Origin: an uncultured Acidobacteriota bacterium
GTDB taxonomy: Bacteria; Acidobacteriota; Thermoanaerobaculia; Multivoradales; JAHEKO01
Length of the DNA: 64,000 bases
Assembly: GCA_963719055.1 (NCBI GenBank)
Contig: CAVRAU010000024.1
Span: 75,604-139,603 of the forward strand
Reading direction: 5' to 3'
A program made the position numbers and the translations under genes. This document shows positions 54,208 to 64,000 of this stretch, piece after piece (position 1 is the stretch's first letter; every line of letters begins with the position of its first letter). The notes below the pieces were generated by a model. That model saw only the letters and a list, made by a program, of their open reading frames with translations. It ran no database searches and was not told the DNA's origin.

Positions 54208-57200
54208 TCAGCTCAGTAGCAGGCGCAGGTCGTCGGCCGTCAGGTCACGCAGAGACTGTCCTTCACCACCCAGGATCGCTTCGGCGAGATCACGCTTGGC
54301 GCGCTGCAGATCGAGGAGCTTCTCTTCCACGGTATCCCGCGCGATCATGCGATAGGCGAAGACCGGTTGGGTCTGGCCGATGCGGTGGGTGCGGTCGATC
54401 GCCTGCGCCTCGACCGCCGGGTTCCACCAGGGGTCGAGCAGGAAGACATAGCCGGCCGCGGTGAGGTTGAGACCTAGACCACCGGCCTTGAGGCTGATCA
54501 GGAACAGATTGCAGTCGGGATCGTTCTGGAACCGCTCGACGACCTCGCCACGGTCACGGGTCTTGCCGTCCAGGTAGGCATAGGTCGACCCCAGCTCGTC
54601 GAGGTGCTTGCGGACATAGCCCAGAAGGGTCGTGAACTGGGAGAACACCAGGACTTTGTGGCCCTCTTCGAGGACCTCCCCGACCTGATCGAAGAGGGTT
54701 TCGAGCTTGGCGCTCCCCGCCTCCTCCCATGACGTGTCGACGAGCCCCGGATGGCAGGCGACCTGGCGCAGACGCAGCAGGGCCTCGAGCACCTGGATCG
54801 CCGAGCCGGAGACGCCGTGCGTCTCGACCTGATCCATCAGACTCACCTGGTAGCTGGCGCGCAGCCGGTCATAGATCTCGCGCTGCTCCTCTCGCATGTC
54901 GCAGAGGAGAACCTGTTCGGTTTTGGGCGGCAGATCGGGGAGGACCTGCGCCTTGGTCCGCCGCAGGATGAAAGGCCGCAGGTCTTCGGCCAACTGCTCC
55001 AGCTCCCGCTTGCTGGGCGCCCGAGCGGCAGTGAGAACCTCGAGCCGCGGCAGCTTGCCGAGAAGATTGGGATTGAGGAACTCGAAGATCGATCCCAGCT
55101 CGCCAAGGTGGTTCTCGATCGGCGTGCCGGTGAGAGCCAGGCGATGGCGCGCCACCAGGAGGCGGCTGGCCTTGGCGGTCTGCGAGGACGGGTTCTTGAT
55201 GGCCTGCGCCTCGTCGAGAATCACCGTGTCGAACTCGACGGTGGAGAGATAGCTGATGTCGCGGCGCAAGGTCCCGTAGGTGGTCACGATGATGTCGAAC
55301 TCGTCGAGACGCTCCCGCAACTCCTCACGACCGGCGCCCCGATACTCGACGACTTTGAGCTTCGGGGCGAAATGGGCGGCCTCGTCGATCCAGTTGTAGA
55401 CCACACTCCGCGGAGCCACCACCAGGTACGGGAGCTTGGTGGTTTTCGACGGTGCTCGATGGGTCAGCAGGAGAGCCAGCACCTGGACGGTCTTTCCCAG
55501 ACCCATATCGTCGGCCAACACGCCGCCGAGACCGAATTCGCGCAGGAAGTTGAGCCAGGCCAGACCGTGGCGCTGATAGGTACGCAGCGTGCCGCCAAAA
55601 CCACGCGGCTCCTTCTTCGGTTTGATGCGCTCGAACGACGACAGCTTCTGTCGCAGCTTGGAAAAGGCGGCGTCGACGTCGGCAGGGGGCATCGCCGTCA
55701 GCAAGGCATCGACGATCAGGGCCTGCGAAGAGAGAAAGCGAAGCCCGTCGCTGGTGGAGCCGCGGGCCGCCTTGGCGAGCGAGTCATAGGTCTCGACCCA
55801 GGAGTCGGGCAGCAGACCCTGCGAGCCATCTTCGAGCTTGATAAAACGATCACCACGCGAGACGGCATCGAGGACTCGTGAGAGCTCCAGTCGGTGGCCG
55901 GCGAAATCCACCTGGCCGCTGAGATCGAACCAGTCGACACCGCTCTCGATGCGCAGGCTCGGGGGACCCGGCGGGCTTACCGATCGACCCTGGACCTCGA
56001 CGGTCCAGTCCTCCTGCAGCAGCGGCTCGATGACGGCCGGCAGCTTGCTCGGATCGAGCTCGAGCGCCTGAACTCCACCGTCCGTGGATTCGACCGGTTG
56101 CAGACCGAGCTCGAGAAGGCGGATCACGGCCGCATGCTCACGGTCCAGATCACGCCGCAACAACGTGCGCTTCTCCCAGTCGACGATCGAAGAACGGGCA
56201 TCCTCGGCGCTGATCCGCAAAGCGCCGTAGTCGAAGGACAGCTCGGCCACAAAGGACGTATCGAGAGCAAGGGGCGCGGGCTCGAGGGCGAGTCTGGGCT
56301 CTGGAGGTACGGACTCCTCTTCCAGACCGAGCTCCGGCGGGAATTCGAGCGGCGGCAGCGCCTGCAGCTCGAGCAGCTCCGCGAGAGCCTGCCCGACCTC
56401 CTTTTCAGGGATGACGAGATCGCCACCACCCCGCAGGAGGGTGATCCAGGGCAGATCTCTGGACCGGTCGAGCGCCAGGCGACCGATGGACTCGGTGAAC
56501 ACGACCAGCGCCGGGGTGTTGTCATGCGAGGCCCGGTCGGAGGGCGAGAGAATCAGCTGCGGGTCGCCCAGCGGGATGCTGTCGCCGGCGCGCTCGAGTG
56601 CCCCGTTTAGATGCGCCTCACCCGCAGAGTCGATTCTGAGATGTAGTGCCAGATGCCAAGCGCCTCCTGTCTCCCAACGCAACGGCTGCAGACTGGCCTG
56701 CGTGCGGCCGTCCCACCAGCTCAGCGCGTGCTGTGCGCAAAGATGCGACAGGACCGAATCAAAGAGCTGATGCGGTAGGCGCAGGCTGCGAATCCCGGTC
56801 GGCGTTTTCGCCCGGCGCTGACCCGCCGCCTTGCGTCGAGGAGACGAGCTGGGCAGCTCGGTCACCAGGGCCAGCAAGCCCCCCGACTCCGTTGCCTGGC
56901 TGCCGTTCGGACCGCGGGGCAGGAGTAGCTGCTCGAGCTCGTGGTGCCCGACCCGCGCCCGCTTGGGCTTGCCGGACTTTCCGGAGGCGCCGACCGTGCG
57001 CCCGAACACATCGAGAATCAGACCCGAGGTGTCGAGGCTGGCGGCCGTATTGATGGCAAACTCTATGGCGACAGTCGACCGCGCCACAGGTGAGGCCGGC
57101 GCCATGGAGCGACCCGGCGGCGTGTCGAGTTGATCTCTCAGAGAGGCGAGATGAGACCGCCAGGAGGTGGCGATCGCACGCCCGCGTCGGCCGGTAGCCG

Positions 57201-57780
57201 ACGCCGACCGCTGACGAGGAGCTCTTGTGCGGCGCACACTTTTCTTGGCTCTCGCGGGGCCGGAGCTGCTGCTGGGGGGCGATTCGACCAGACTGCCGCC
57301 GGCAAGCCGGGCAAGATCCTCCCAGCTCGCGGCACGGTCGCGGCGTAAACCCAGGCGATCCTTGCCTGGGGGCTGATGCTCCGAGCCGGTCTCCGCCAGC
57401 GCCAGGAGAACTGCCCAGATATGGCTGCAGAGCTGTCCACCGGCAAATCGCCGGCACTCGCAGAAGGTGTGCACCCGTCGCTTTGAGACCCGGGTCCAGT
57501 CGATTCCCACCCGAAAGGCCTCCAACTCGTCGCCCTCGACTCCCTTGACGATCGCCAGCGCGCGGGGACCATCGATCTCGACCTCTACCCGGCCGGCGTG
57601 GAGGCACTCAGATCCGAGCTCCCTTTCCTGCGGTTTGAAGTGGGAAACACTCCGCTTGTACAGCGGCACCAGCCCGTCAGCGGCTGCGGCAGTGCGCGGC
57701 CTCCCCCGATCTTTCCGCTTTCTCCCCTTTGTCGAACGCTTCTCGTTCATCCCACCAACTCTGACTTCACCTCGTGGCAA
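54208..57780 (-). CDS. SNF2-family (DEAD/H) helicase with an N-terminal SWIM zinc finger
   Basis: FCEC...CSHIWA SWIM motif; GVLADDMGLGKT, LDEAQ, LTGTPIENHL, WWNPAVEAQAIDRTHRIGQ. Confidence 0.92.
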   Translation of the reverse strand: MPRGEVRVGGMNEKRSTKGRKRKDRGRPRTAAAADGLVPLYKRSVSHFKPQERELGSECLHAGRVEVEIDGPRALAIVKGVEGDELEAFRVGIDWTRVSKRRVHTFCECRRFAGGQLCSHIWAVLLALAETGSEHQPPGKDRLGLRRDRAASWEDLARLAGGSLVESPPSSSSGPARAKKSVRRTRAPRQRSASATGRRGRAIATSWRSHLASLRDQLDTPPGRSMAPASPVARSTVAIEFAINTAASLDTSGLILDVFGRTVGASGKSGKPKRARVGHHELEQLLLPRGPNGSQATESGGLLALVTELPSSSPRRKAAGQRRAKTPTGIRSLRLPHQLFDSVLSHLCAQHALSWWDGRTQASLQPLRWETGGAWHLALHLRIDSAGEAHLNGALERAGDSIPLGDPQLILSPSDRASHDNTPALVVFTESIGRLALDRSRDLPWITLLRGGGDLVIPEKEVGQALAELLELQALPPLEFPPELGLEEESVPPEPRLALEPAPLALDTSFVAELSFDYGALRISAEDARSSIVDWEKRTLLRRDLDREHAAVIRLLELGLQPVESTDGGVQALELDPSKLPAVIEPLLQEDWTVEVQGRSVSPPGPPSLRIESGVDWFDLSGQVDFAGHRLELSRVLDAVSRGDRFIKLEDGSQGLLPDSWVETYDSLAKAARGSTSDGLRFLSSQALIVDALLTAMPPADVDAAFSKLRQKLSSFERIKPKKEPRGFGGTLRTYQRHGLAWLNFLREFGLGGVLADDMGLGKTVQVLALLLTHRAPSKTTKLPYLVVAPRSVVYNWIDEAAHFAPKLKVVEYRGAGREELRERLDEFDIIVTTYGTLRRDISYLSTVEFDTVILDEAQAIKNPSSQTAKASRLLVARHRLALTGTPIENHLGELGSIFEFLNPNLLGKLPRLEVLTAARAPSKRELEQLAEDLRPFILRRTKAQVLPDLPPKTEQVLLCDMREEQREIYDRLRASYQVSLMDQVETHGVSGSAIQVLEALLRLRQVACHPGLVDTSWEEAGSAKLETLFDQVGEVLEEGHKVLVFSQFTTLLGYVRKHLDELGSTYAYLDGKTRDRGEVVERFQNDPDCNLFLISLKAGGLGLNLTAAGYVFLLDPWWNPAVEAQAIDRTHRIGQTQPVFAYRMIARDTVEEKLLDLQRAKRDLAEAILGGEGQSLRDLTADDLRLLLS

Positions 57781-57881
57781 GGTCGACTCGGCGGCGTCGG
57801 GGCCTGATTCTCGGTGACGGCGACTAGGGTCGTCATCCGAATGCGCGACGCCGAGCCCATCCTAGCAGGCTGAACGAGGTT

Positions 57882-58028
57882 TTGGGTACGTATGCCGCAA
57901 AATTCCTACTCCTCGGGTGTTTCTCGAACGAGTCCACGCTCTACAACTTCTCCTACGACAGCGACGAGATCCGCAGCCCGTACTCCAATGAGTGGATCGT
58001 GCGCTCAGGAGTCGGGTACACCTTCTGA
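57882..58028 (+). pseudogene. C-terminal fragment of an outer-membrane beta-barrel protein
   Basis: Manual translation LGTYAAKFLLLGCFSNESTLYNFSYDSDEIRSPYSNEWIVRSGVGYTF* ends in a BAM-type Y-x-F signal. An in-frame stop lies upstream at 57825-57827. Confidence 0.5.
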
Positions 58029-58106
58029 CCGGCAAGACCGAGTTACGGTTCTCGCAGCGAAAAGCGGGGTCTTCCGGTATAAAGACTCCACGAGGTCTTG
58101 CACGGC

Positions 58107-58900
58107 ATGAAGCTACACCCGCCAAAGCGACGAATGCCCGCACTGCGGTTTCCACGGACCGTTGGCGTCAGAGTGTCCGCGGTGCGGAATGTCTTCGACA
58201 AACTCCGCGACGTCGAGGCTCGTCTGCGTCTGGGTCGATGAAAGACGCAGTCCGACCGGCAACAGCGATACCGGGTCCGAGACGATTCACACTTCTCCCC
58301 TGGCTGGTCGGTCTGATTGCCGTCATCGCTGTGATCGCCGGTTTCGATGCGTCGCAGCAGAAGAGTCCCGCTCCAGCGCCACCTCGACCGTTGCCCGCCG
58401 ACCCGCCACCCGCCGAAGAAGTCTTACCCGCCCCGCAACAAACCCGACCTGTACCAGCGGTAGTAGAACCGATCTCGGACTTCGACCCAGTCCCGGAGCC
58501 GGCCGTGGAACCCAAGAAGCTCGCCACGCCCTCCTACACCTGGTATGAAGGGGCCAACGGCTTCGAGCGTGGAATCGAAGAAGCGCAGCAGGAGGGCAAG
58601 GCGCTAGCGGTCTACTTCTACACCGATTGGTGCCCCTATTGCCGTGAGCTCGAGCGCGACCTTCTGAGCCGCGCCAAGGTCGAGGACTTCCTGAAGTACC
58701 TGGTCAAGATCCGGGTCAACCCGGAGAGCGGCCGCCGCGAGCGTCTGCTGGCCAACGAGTACGGAGTGCACGGCTACCCCTCTTTCTTTATTCAGTCAGC
58801 ACCCGGAGCTACCCCTCGCAAGATTCGCCGCACCGACCGCGACGGCCTCAAGAGTCCGGAAGACTTCGTCGCCACCCTCGAAAGGGCTGCAGGCAACTAG
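58107..58900 (+). CDS. Zinc ribbon-TM-Pro-rich linker-thioredoxin-fold protein (frameshifted at the 5' end)
   Basis: Reconstructed N-terminus CPHCGF...ECPRCG, TM LLPWLVGLIAVIAVIAG, active site YTDWCPYC. Confidence 0.7.
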
Positions 58901-59018
58901 ACAAGCCAGTGCTTCCTGTTAGAGGGGTCATTGCTCCGGGGCGCCCGCACCATTAGCCTGAGCCGGGATTTTCAAGGGAGGAGCCGAGATCTCTATACGC
59001 TGGAAGGTCGCTCTGTCC

Positions 59019-60269
59019 GTGTCCGTTCTGCTGGTTGCGATAGCAGGGGCGGTAGGGCTCGCCTTGATGCGCTACGAGTCGCTCTTTCTCATGCGGGAGG
59101 GCGAGAAGCGGGTCCAGGCCCTGGCCCAGAACCTCGCCGCCAACGCGCGGGATCCTCTGCTCATCGGCGACGACTTACGCCTCGGGCCGATCACTCAGTC
59201 GGTCATGAGAGAAGAGGACGTGCTCTACGCCTTTGTAGCGAATCATGAAGGCACGATCGTCTACCATCCGGACGGACAGAGGATCGGGGGCCAGTACTCG
59301 GGTGAAGCGGTCTTGTCCGGTGATCAGGAACTTCTCGCTGCTGTCCCCATCGTGATCGAAGGCACCACGGTGGGTCACGCCGTCGTCGGTTTGGGGTTGG
59401 ATTTCATCAAGGAGGCGATGACCGCCACGGCACTGGGTCTCTTGCTCCCCCTGGGCTTAGGAACTCTGATCTCCGTGTGGGGTATCTTCTGGCTCACCGG
59501 AGTGCATGTCAGGCGGATTGAAAACCTCGAGGTGGCAGTGCAGGCGTTGGGCGCCGGGGAAAGGCTCGTGAAGACCGAAGTCAAGGGACGCGACGAGGTG
59601 GGGCGGCTCGCTCGCCACTTCAACCGTATGGTCCGCCAACTCGAGACCGCGCAGGGCGAGCTCGAAAGCAGCGTGGCGCAGACGGTCAGCGCTCTGGCGG
59701 CTGCGATCGAGGCCAAAGATGTCTATACCCGCGGACACTGTGAGCGGGTGGCCCGGATCTCTCGCGCCATGGCCGAGCAAATGGGTGTCGAGGACACCGA
59801 TCTACGAGATCTGGAGCTGGCGGCCTTTCTTCATGACATCGGCAAGATCGGTGTCCCCGGCAGTGCTATCGGCAAGAAGAGTCGGCTCACCGAGAGCGAA
59901 ATGCAGAATATGCAGGAACATCCCGAGATCGGCGCCAGAATCCTGAGTCCCATCTCCTTTCTCGAGAGAGTCGGGACCTACGTCCGACATCATCACGAGC
60001 ACTACGACGGCTCAGGCTATCCGGCCGGAATCGCCGGCGACGCCATCCCACTGGCATCCAGGATCATCCATCTCGTGGATGCGTACGATGCCATGACGAC
60101 GACTCGTTCCTACCGCGCCGGGCTGGACCACGAAGAGGCGGTCCGGAGGATCCGACGAGGGGCGGGCGAGCAGTTCGATCCCGAGATCGTGGACTGTTTT
60201 CTCCGGCTGTATGATGAGGGTGTGATCTCCGCAATCTACGAGAATACAGGCGAGAGCCATGCCCGATGA
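59019..60269 (+). CDS. Membrane HAMP plus HD-GYP c-di-GMP phosphodiesterase
   Basis: Two TM segments, HAMP (DEVGRLARHFNRM), LHDIGKIG, HHEHYDGSGYP, DAYDAM. The frame probably extends about 30 nt further 5' (ISIRWKVAL). Confidence 0.9.
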   Translation: MSVLLVAIAGAVGLALMRYESLFLMREGEKRVQALAQNLAANARDPLLIGDDLRLGPITQSVMREEDVLYAFVANHEGTIVYHPDGQRIGGQYSGEAVLSGDQELLAAVPIVIEGTTVGHAVVGLGLDFIKEAMTATALGLLLPLGLGTLISVWGIFWLTGVHVRRIENLEVAVQALGAGERLVKTEVKGRDEVGRLARHFNRMVRQLETAQGELESSVAQTVSALAAAIEAKDVYTRGHCERVARISRAMAEQMGVEDTDLRDLELAAFLHDIGKIGVPGSAIGKKSRLTESEMQNMQEHPEIGARILSPISFLERVGTYVRHHHEHYDGSGYPAGIAGDAIPLASRIIHLVDAYDAMTTTRSYRAGLDHEEAVRRIRRGAGEQFDPEIVDCFLRLYDEGVISAIYENTGESHAR

Positions 60270-60982
60270 AAACGCTTGCCCCAGCGGTTGTCGTCATCCT
60301 GCTCACAGGCTGCGCGTCTATCCGACCCCACCCCGGTAACGAAGAAACGTGTGATCGGATTGCGAGCCTTGCCGACGACGGCGAGCTCAAGCCCGCAGTC
60401 GACGAGATGACTACCTTGGAGAAGGAGGGCATCGTCTGTCCGGAGAAAGTCCGAGTCGCGATCGATGGGGCCCGCGCTCGCCTTGCCGAGGCCGACGCTC
60501 TGGTGCTCAGCGCCCAGTCCAAGAGACAGCTTGGTGACCTGGAGGGTGCCTCGTCCGATTTGGAGAGAGCCCTCGAGGTCTATCCCAAGTACTTCTGGGC
60601 CGAGAAGCAGTTGCGGGACGTCCAAGGGGTTCTCTCAGAGAATCAGGCTGAAGGTCGGCTTCAGGCGCAGCGACGCTCCGACGTCAAGCTCTCCCAGTCG
60701 CGGGCGGCCGAGGCACGTGGCGATCTGGTGGAGGCGAGCCGTCTGACCTCTGAAGTCCTCGACAACCCACCGACAGATCCGGATTCGAGGAGCGACCTCG
60801 TCGAGTACAGTCGGCTGCTGGGTCTGAAACTCTTCTCCGAGGGTGAGCTCACCAAGGCCCGGGACCTCTGGCGCCAAGCGCTCTCGCTCGACCCTTCCAA
60901 TCAGAAGATTCTCGACTACCTCGAAGACGTCGACCAAAGCCTGAGAAGTCTGGAGCAAATCAAAGCCAGAGACGACGGCTGA
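60266..60982 (+). CDS. TPR-containing lipoprotein
   Basis: Lipobox LTGC; TPR-like ALEVYP and ALSLDP repeats; ATGA overlap with the HD-GYP gene. Confidence 0.75.
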   Translation: MKTLAPAVVVILLTGCASIRPHPGNEETCDRIASLADDGELKPAVDEMTTLEKEGIVCPEKVRVAIDGARARLAEADALVLSAQSKRQLGDLEGASSDLERALEVYPKYFWAEKQLRDVQGVLSENQAEGRLQAQRRSDVKLSQSRAAEARGDLVEASRLTSEVLDNPPTDPDSRSDLVEYSRLLGLKLFSEGELTKARDLWRQALSLDPSNQKILDYLEDVDQSLRSLEQIKARDDG

Positions 60983-61207
60983 AGGAATCGGACTTTCAGC
61001 CCGTTATCCGAAGGCGCCGATGGGCAAGCCTCGGATTGGTCAGTTGTCGAGCTGCAGGATCGGGCCTCCGATCCGCTCAGTATCGACCTTTGGTCCCACC
61101 CGCAGGGGTAGTGCGCTCACGGCCTTCCGGCAGTACCTTTAGAGGGGGCTCGACAAAGGCCGGGCCAGGAGAATGCCGGTCCAATGAAGCTACACGGGAG
61201 ACCATCC

Positions 61208-62077
61208 ATGTTCAAGAGCGTAACTACCGTAGCCGTAGCACTCCTGCTCGGCCAGGCGGCCGGGGGTCGGGGCTGTGGACTTCACGGTCACCAAGCTCGA
61301 TGACACCAACGACGGGTTCTGCGACGTCGACTGTTCCTTTCGAGAAGCCGTCATCGCCGCCAACGACTCCGCGGGTCTCGACGAGATTTTCCTGCCGCCA
61401 GGCGAGATCGTGTTCGGGATTGCCGGTACAGGCGAAGACTTTGCCGCCGAGGGTGATCTCGACGTTCTGGATTCGGTGATTCTCTGGGGAGATTCGAGCC
61501 TGGGCACCGTGATCGACGCCAATCGGTTGGATCGGGTCTTTCACGTCATTGGTCCAACAGCGGTCGTTACCATGCAGTTCCTCATAGTCCGAAATGGCTA
61601 CGAGCCAAGCGCAGGAGGTGCGGGTATCCTTGTCGGAGCCGCCGATTTGCACCTACTGGACGTCCTGGTCACCGGGAACGAGGGCAACCCAGGTCTCCCT
61701 GGTGGCGGAATCAGGGCGAGCCAGTTTTCTTTGGGACGCTCGAGGGTTCCACAATTGCCGGCAACTCCCTGGGCGAGGTGAGTATCGTGCAGAGTGACCT
61801 CCTGGCTGAAAATTCGACCATCAGTACTGCCATTGGTTCCTCGGGAGGCGCAGCGATCAACGTGTCGGGTGGTGGCACCGCGAATCTGAGGAACGTCACG
61901 CTCGTCCGATCGCCCGGCTCCTTCTACTCGGTTGCGGCATGGAACCCGGGCACTGTAACTGTCGAGGACTCGATTCTCAGCGGTGACTGCTTCATCCAGG
62001 CAGGGGTCTCCTGGAGTTCCATTGGCGGCAATCTCGAGAGCCCAGGACAACCCACGGGCACCCCCCACCAGAAATAG
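61208..62077 (+). CDS. CSLREA-domain secreted protein, apparently 3'-truncated (frameshifted)
   Basis: FTVTKLDDTNDGFCDVDCSFREAVIAAN, GDLDV, DRVFHV, beta-helix repeats; ends shortly after GGNLESPG. Confidence 0.7.
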
Positions 62078-62079
62078 CG

Positions 62080-62877
62080 TCAGCTCACGACCACTAGGTG
62101 AGCCGGTGAATCGAACACCACGTCGCCACCTTCTTCGACCAGGTGGGCCAACTCGCGTTCCGCCTCCGTCAGGATCTGCTCGATCTGCGGCTCCGACACC
62201 GTCACCCCCATCACCGGGAGCCAACCGCGCAGGTCCGCCTCGACCATCATTCGAATACTCGGAAACCTGGCCGTCCCCATGCGAGTGATCACCTTGGGCG
62301 CCGAGAGGCCGGCAGCCTCGCACAAGGCGGTCAGCTCTTGTGGATCTCCGAGAGCAAACGGAGCGCGGAGTGCATCAGCCGCGGGCCTTCCGGCCACGCG
62401 GTCGAGGAGCGAGACCTCGAGCGAGTAGGCCGGAGAGTTCTCGAGCGCGTCCCACACCGCCACCACGAGCCTTCCTCCCGGCACCAGCACGCGCGACATC
62501 TCTCTGAGCGCCGCAAGACGATCCGCGAAGAACATCATGCCGAACTGACTGACAACCGCGTCAAAGGTCGCGTCCGGAAAGGGCAGGGCTTCCGCGACGC
62601 CGGGTCGCCACTCGACCGTCGAGTCCAGCTTCGCCGCTACAGCGAGCATGCCGGCGTTTGGGTCGACCCCTGTGGTCGAGCCAGTCGGCCCTACTCTCTC
62701 TGAAGCTGCGCGGGCAAGAACGCCGGTGCCGCAGGCGACGTCCAGGACGTGCTGCCCCGAGGTCAGCCCTGCCGCGTCCAGAACGGGGTCCGTCCATTCC
62801 TGGAAGAGCGCCGGAACGTGCAGTGCCTCGTAGGCCTCCGCCGCCGCGATTTGGTCCTGCAGTCCAGGGTCATTCAT
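62080..62877 (-). CDS. Class I SAM-dependent methyltransferase (UbiE-like)
   Basis: YEALHVPALF, VLDVACGTG, AEALPFPDATFDAV. Confidence 0.88.
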   Translation of the reverse strand: MNDPGLQDQIAAAEAYEALHVPALFQEWTDPVLDAAGLTSGQHVLDVACGTGVLARAASERVGPTGSTTGVDPNAGMLAVAAKLDSTVEWRPGVAEALPFPDATFDAVVSQFGMMFFADRLAALREMSRVLVPGGRLVVAVWDALENSPAYSLEVSLLDRVAGRPAADALRAPFALGDPQELTALCEAAGLSAPKVITRMGTARFPSIRMMVEADLRGWLPVMGVTVSEPQIEQILTEAERELAHLVEEGGDVVFDSPAHLVVVS

Positions 62878-63113
62878 CGAGACTCTCCTCTCGTCCACGC
62901 ACCTTCTGGTGGATGAGTCCTGCGACGGGGCTGCCAGATGTCTGGGGAGCCAACCGACAGGTCCCGCGTCTGTTTCAAGATCTTGCTCTGTAGCCGACTG
63001 TATCAGCGTGAGCCGTCTGTCTCGTCCTCGTCCAACCGTTCCCCTGCCTCCTGCGGAGAATACTGTCCCGGGTTCAAACGAAATGGATGTGATGTAGTCC
63101 TGTTGGAGATTCG

Positions 63114-64000
63114 CTACTCGTGGCGACGAACGGCGAATTGAAATACATCCGGACGCGCGTAGTGACCGGCTGAGTCGAACATGCGTTTCGCCGCAGGAAT
63201 CAGGTCGAGATCGAGATCCGCGTAGAGAATCTCCTGCGTCCCTTTTGCCGGACCAACGAGGACTTTCCCCATTGGATCGATGATGCAGCTGTTGCCCTGG
63301 TTGATCCACTCTCTGCCTTCCGGATAGAGCTTCTTGAACTCGTAGGTTTCCGGGATCTCCTCCAGGCGGAGGGCCTGGCAACAGTTGATTACAAACATCC
63401 CTCCCTCCCTTGCGATGTGGCGCATTGCAAGGAGCCAAGGATCGCTCGAGTCCCACGTCGGAACCACAAGGATCTGCACTCCCATTTCGTACATCGCCTG
63501 TCGCGCCAGGGGCATGTAGGCCTCCCAGCAGAGTAGCCCGCCGAGCTTTCCGATCGGAGTGTCAAAGGCACTCAGAGTAGTACCGTCCCCCTGGGCCCAC
63601 ACCGTCCGCTCGCCCCCAGTCGGTATCAGCTTCCGGTGGGTGCCCAGGACATCGCCCTCATCCGAGATAAAAAGAAGCGTGTTGAACAGACTGGAGCCAG
63701 AGCACTCCGCGTTTCTTTCGTTCACCCCGATCGCGACGTGGATGCCTGCGGATCGTGCAGCTTCGCAAAGTCGTTCGGTGGGCTCATCCGGGATAGCCAC
63801 CGCGTTGTCCAGCAGCTCCCGGTAGTACCCGTTCAAGACCGCGACGGCGCTGTTTTTTACCAACCACACCCAGTCCGGGTAACCCGGAACAAAGACCTCT
63901 GGAAAAACGATGAGCTGTGCGCCGTTCTTGGACGCCTCGGCGATGAGGGTGCAGGCCTTGTCGACCGACTCGCGCAGATTCAGGAAGACAGACGACTGCT
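63114..64000 (-). CDS. Nitrilase (carbon-nitrogen hydrolase); 5' end off the window
   Basis: Glu-Lys-Cys triad: VFPE, HRKLIPT, LCWE; GHYARPDVF. Confidence 0.92.
   Translation of the reverse strand, partial: QSSVFLNLRESVDKACTLIAEASKNGAQLIVFPEVFVPGYPDWVWLVKNSAVAVLNGYYRELLDNAVAIPDEPTERLCEAARSAGIHVAIGVNERNAECSGSSLFNTLLFISDEGDVLGTHRKLIPTGGERTVWAQGDGTTLSAFDTPIGKLGGLLCWEAYMPLARQAMYEMGVQILVVPTWDSSDPWLLAMRHIAREGGMFVINCCQALRLEEIPETYEFKKLYPEGREWINQGNSCIIDPMGKVLVGPAKGTQEILYADLDLDLIPAAKRMFDSAGHYARPDVFQFAVRRHE

Noticed and set aside
31-60625. Many long alternative-frame and antisense ORFs (e.g. 31-1092 +, 14370-15551 +, 20609-22153 -, 39347-40795 +, 43892-45073 +, 54751-55881 +)
   Set aside because: They are shadow ORFs opposite well-supported genes, expected in high-GC DNA, and contain no recognisable motifs.
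1962-62077. Frameshifted genes as pseudogenes or programmed frameshifts
   Set aside because: The indels are too numerous and evenly spread, show no slippery-site pattern, and leave both sides of each break conserved.
62080-63456. 458-aa ORF giving the methyltransferase a long N-terminal extension
   Set aside because: The extension overlaps the nitrilase 3' end out of frame. The methyltransferase starts at 62877 after a GGAG RBS. A possible remnant (LQQDYITSISF) is too weak to call.
1-64000. tRNA, rRNA, tmRNA, SRP RNA or known riboswitches
   Set aside because: No T-loop/CCA, SRP or riboswitch consensus was recognised by eye. An Infernal scan would be needed to exclude them.

Overview
GC-rich bacterial DNA with a dense, mostly ordinary gene set. 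The gene repertoire (Ser/Thr kinase-TolB fusion, tricorn protease, BNR/VPS10 glycosyl hydrolases, CSLREA and SBBP proteins with FxDGFES tails) suggests Acidobacteriota, possibly Thermoanaerobaculia; this is inference only. About half of the ~40 genes are broken by single-base frameshifts, most likely uncorrected long-read indels, so split ORFs were rejoined by eye and some coordinates are approximate. The most notable locus is 4.7-7.4 kb. An intact REP-associated tyrosine transposase (RAYT) is flanked by GTAG-type REP hairpins. One downstream REP is split into two halves around a 1.6-kb segment carrying a B12-radical SAM gene and its own promoter, and the halves rejoin into a perfect REP with a 4-bp AGGC duplication. 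An in-frame chimera of glycosyltransferase and cytochrome P450 fragments abuts the upstream REP. Together these suggest RAYT/REP-linked gene capture. Other leads: an mscL-ECF sigma-small protein-CmpX/MscS-like operon, a shared C-terminal FxDxFESSDxSxW tail, degenerate FHA and EAL domains, and a Thr-nucleophile 'sulfatase'. No tRNA, rRNA or CRISPR array was recognised.
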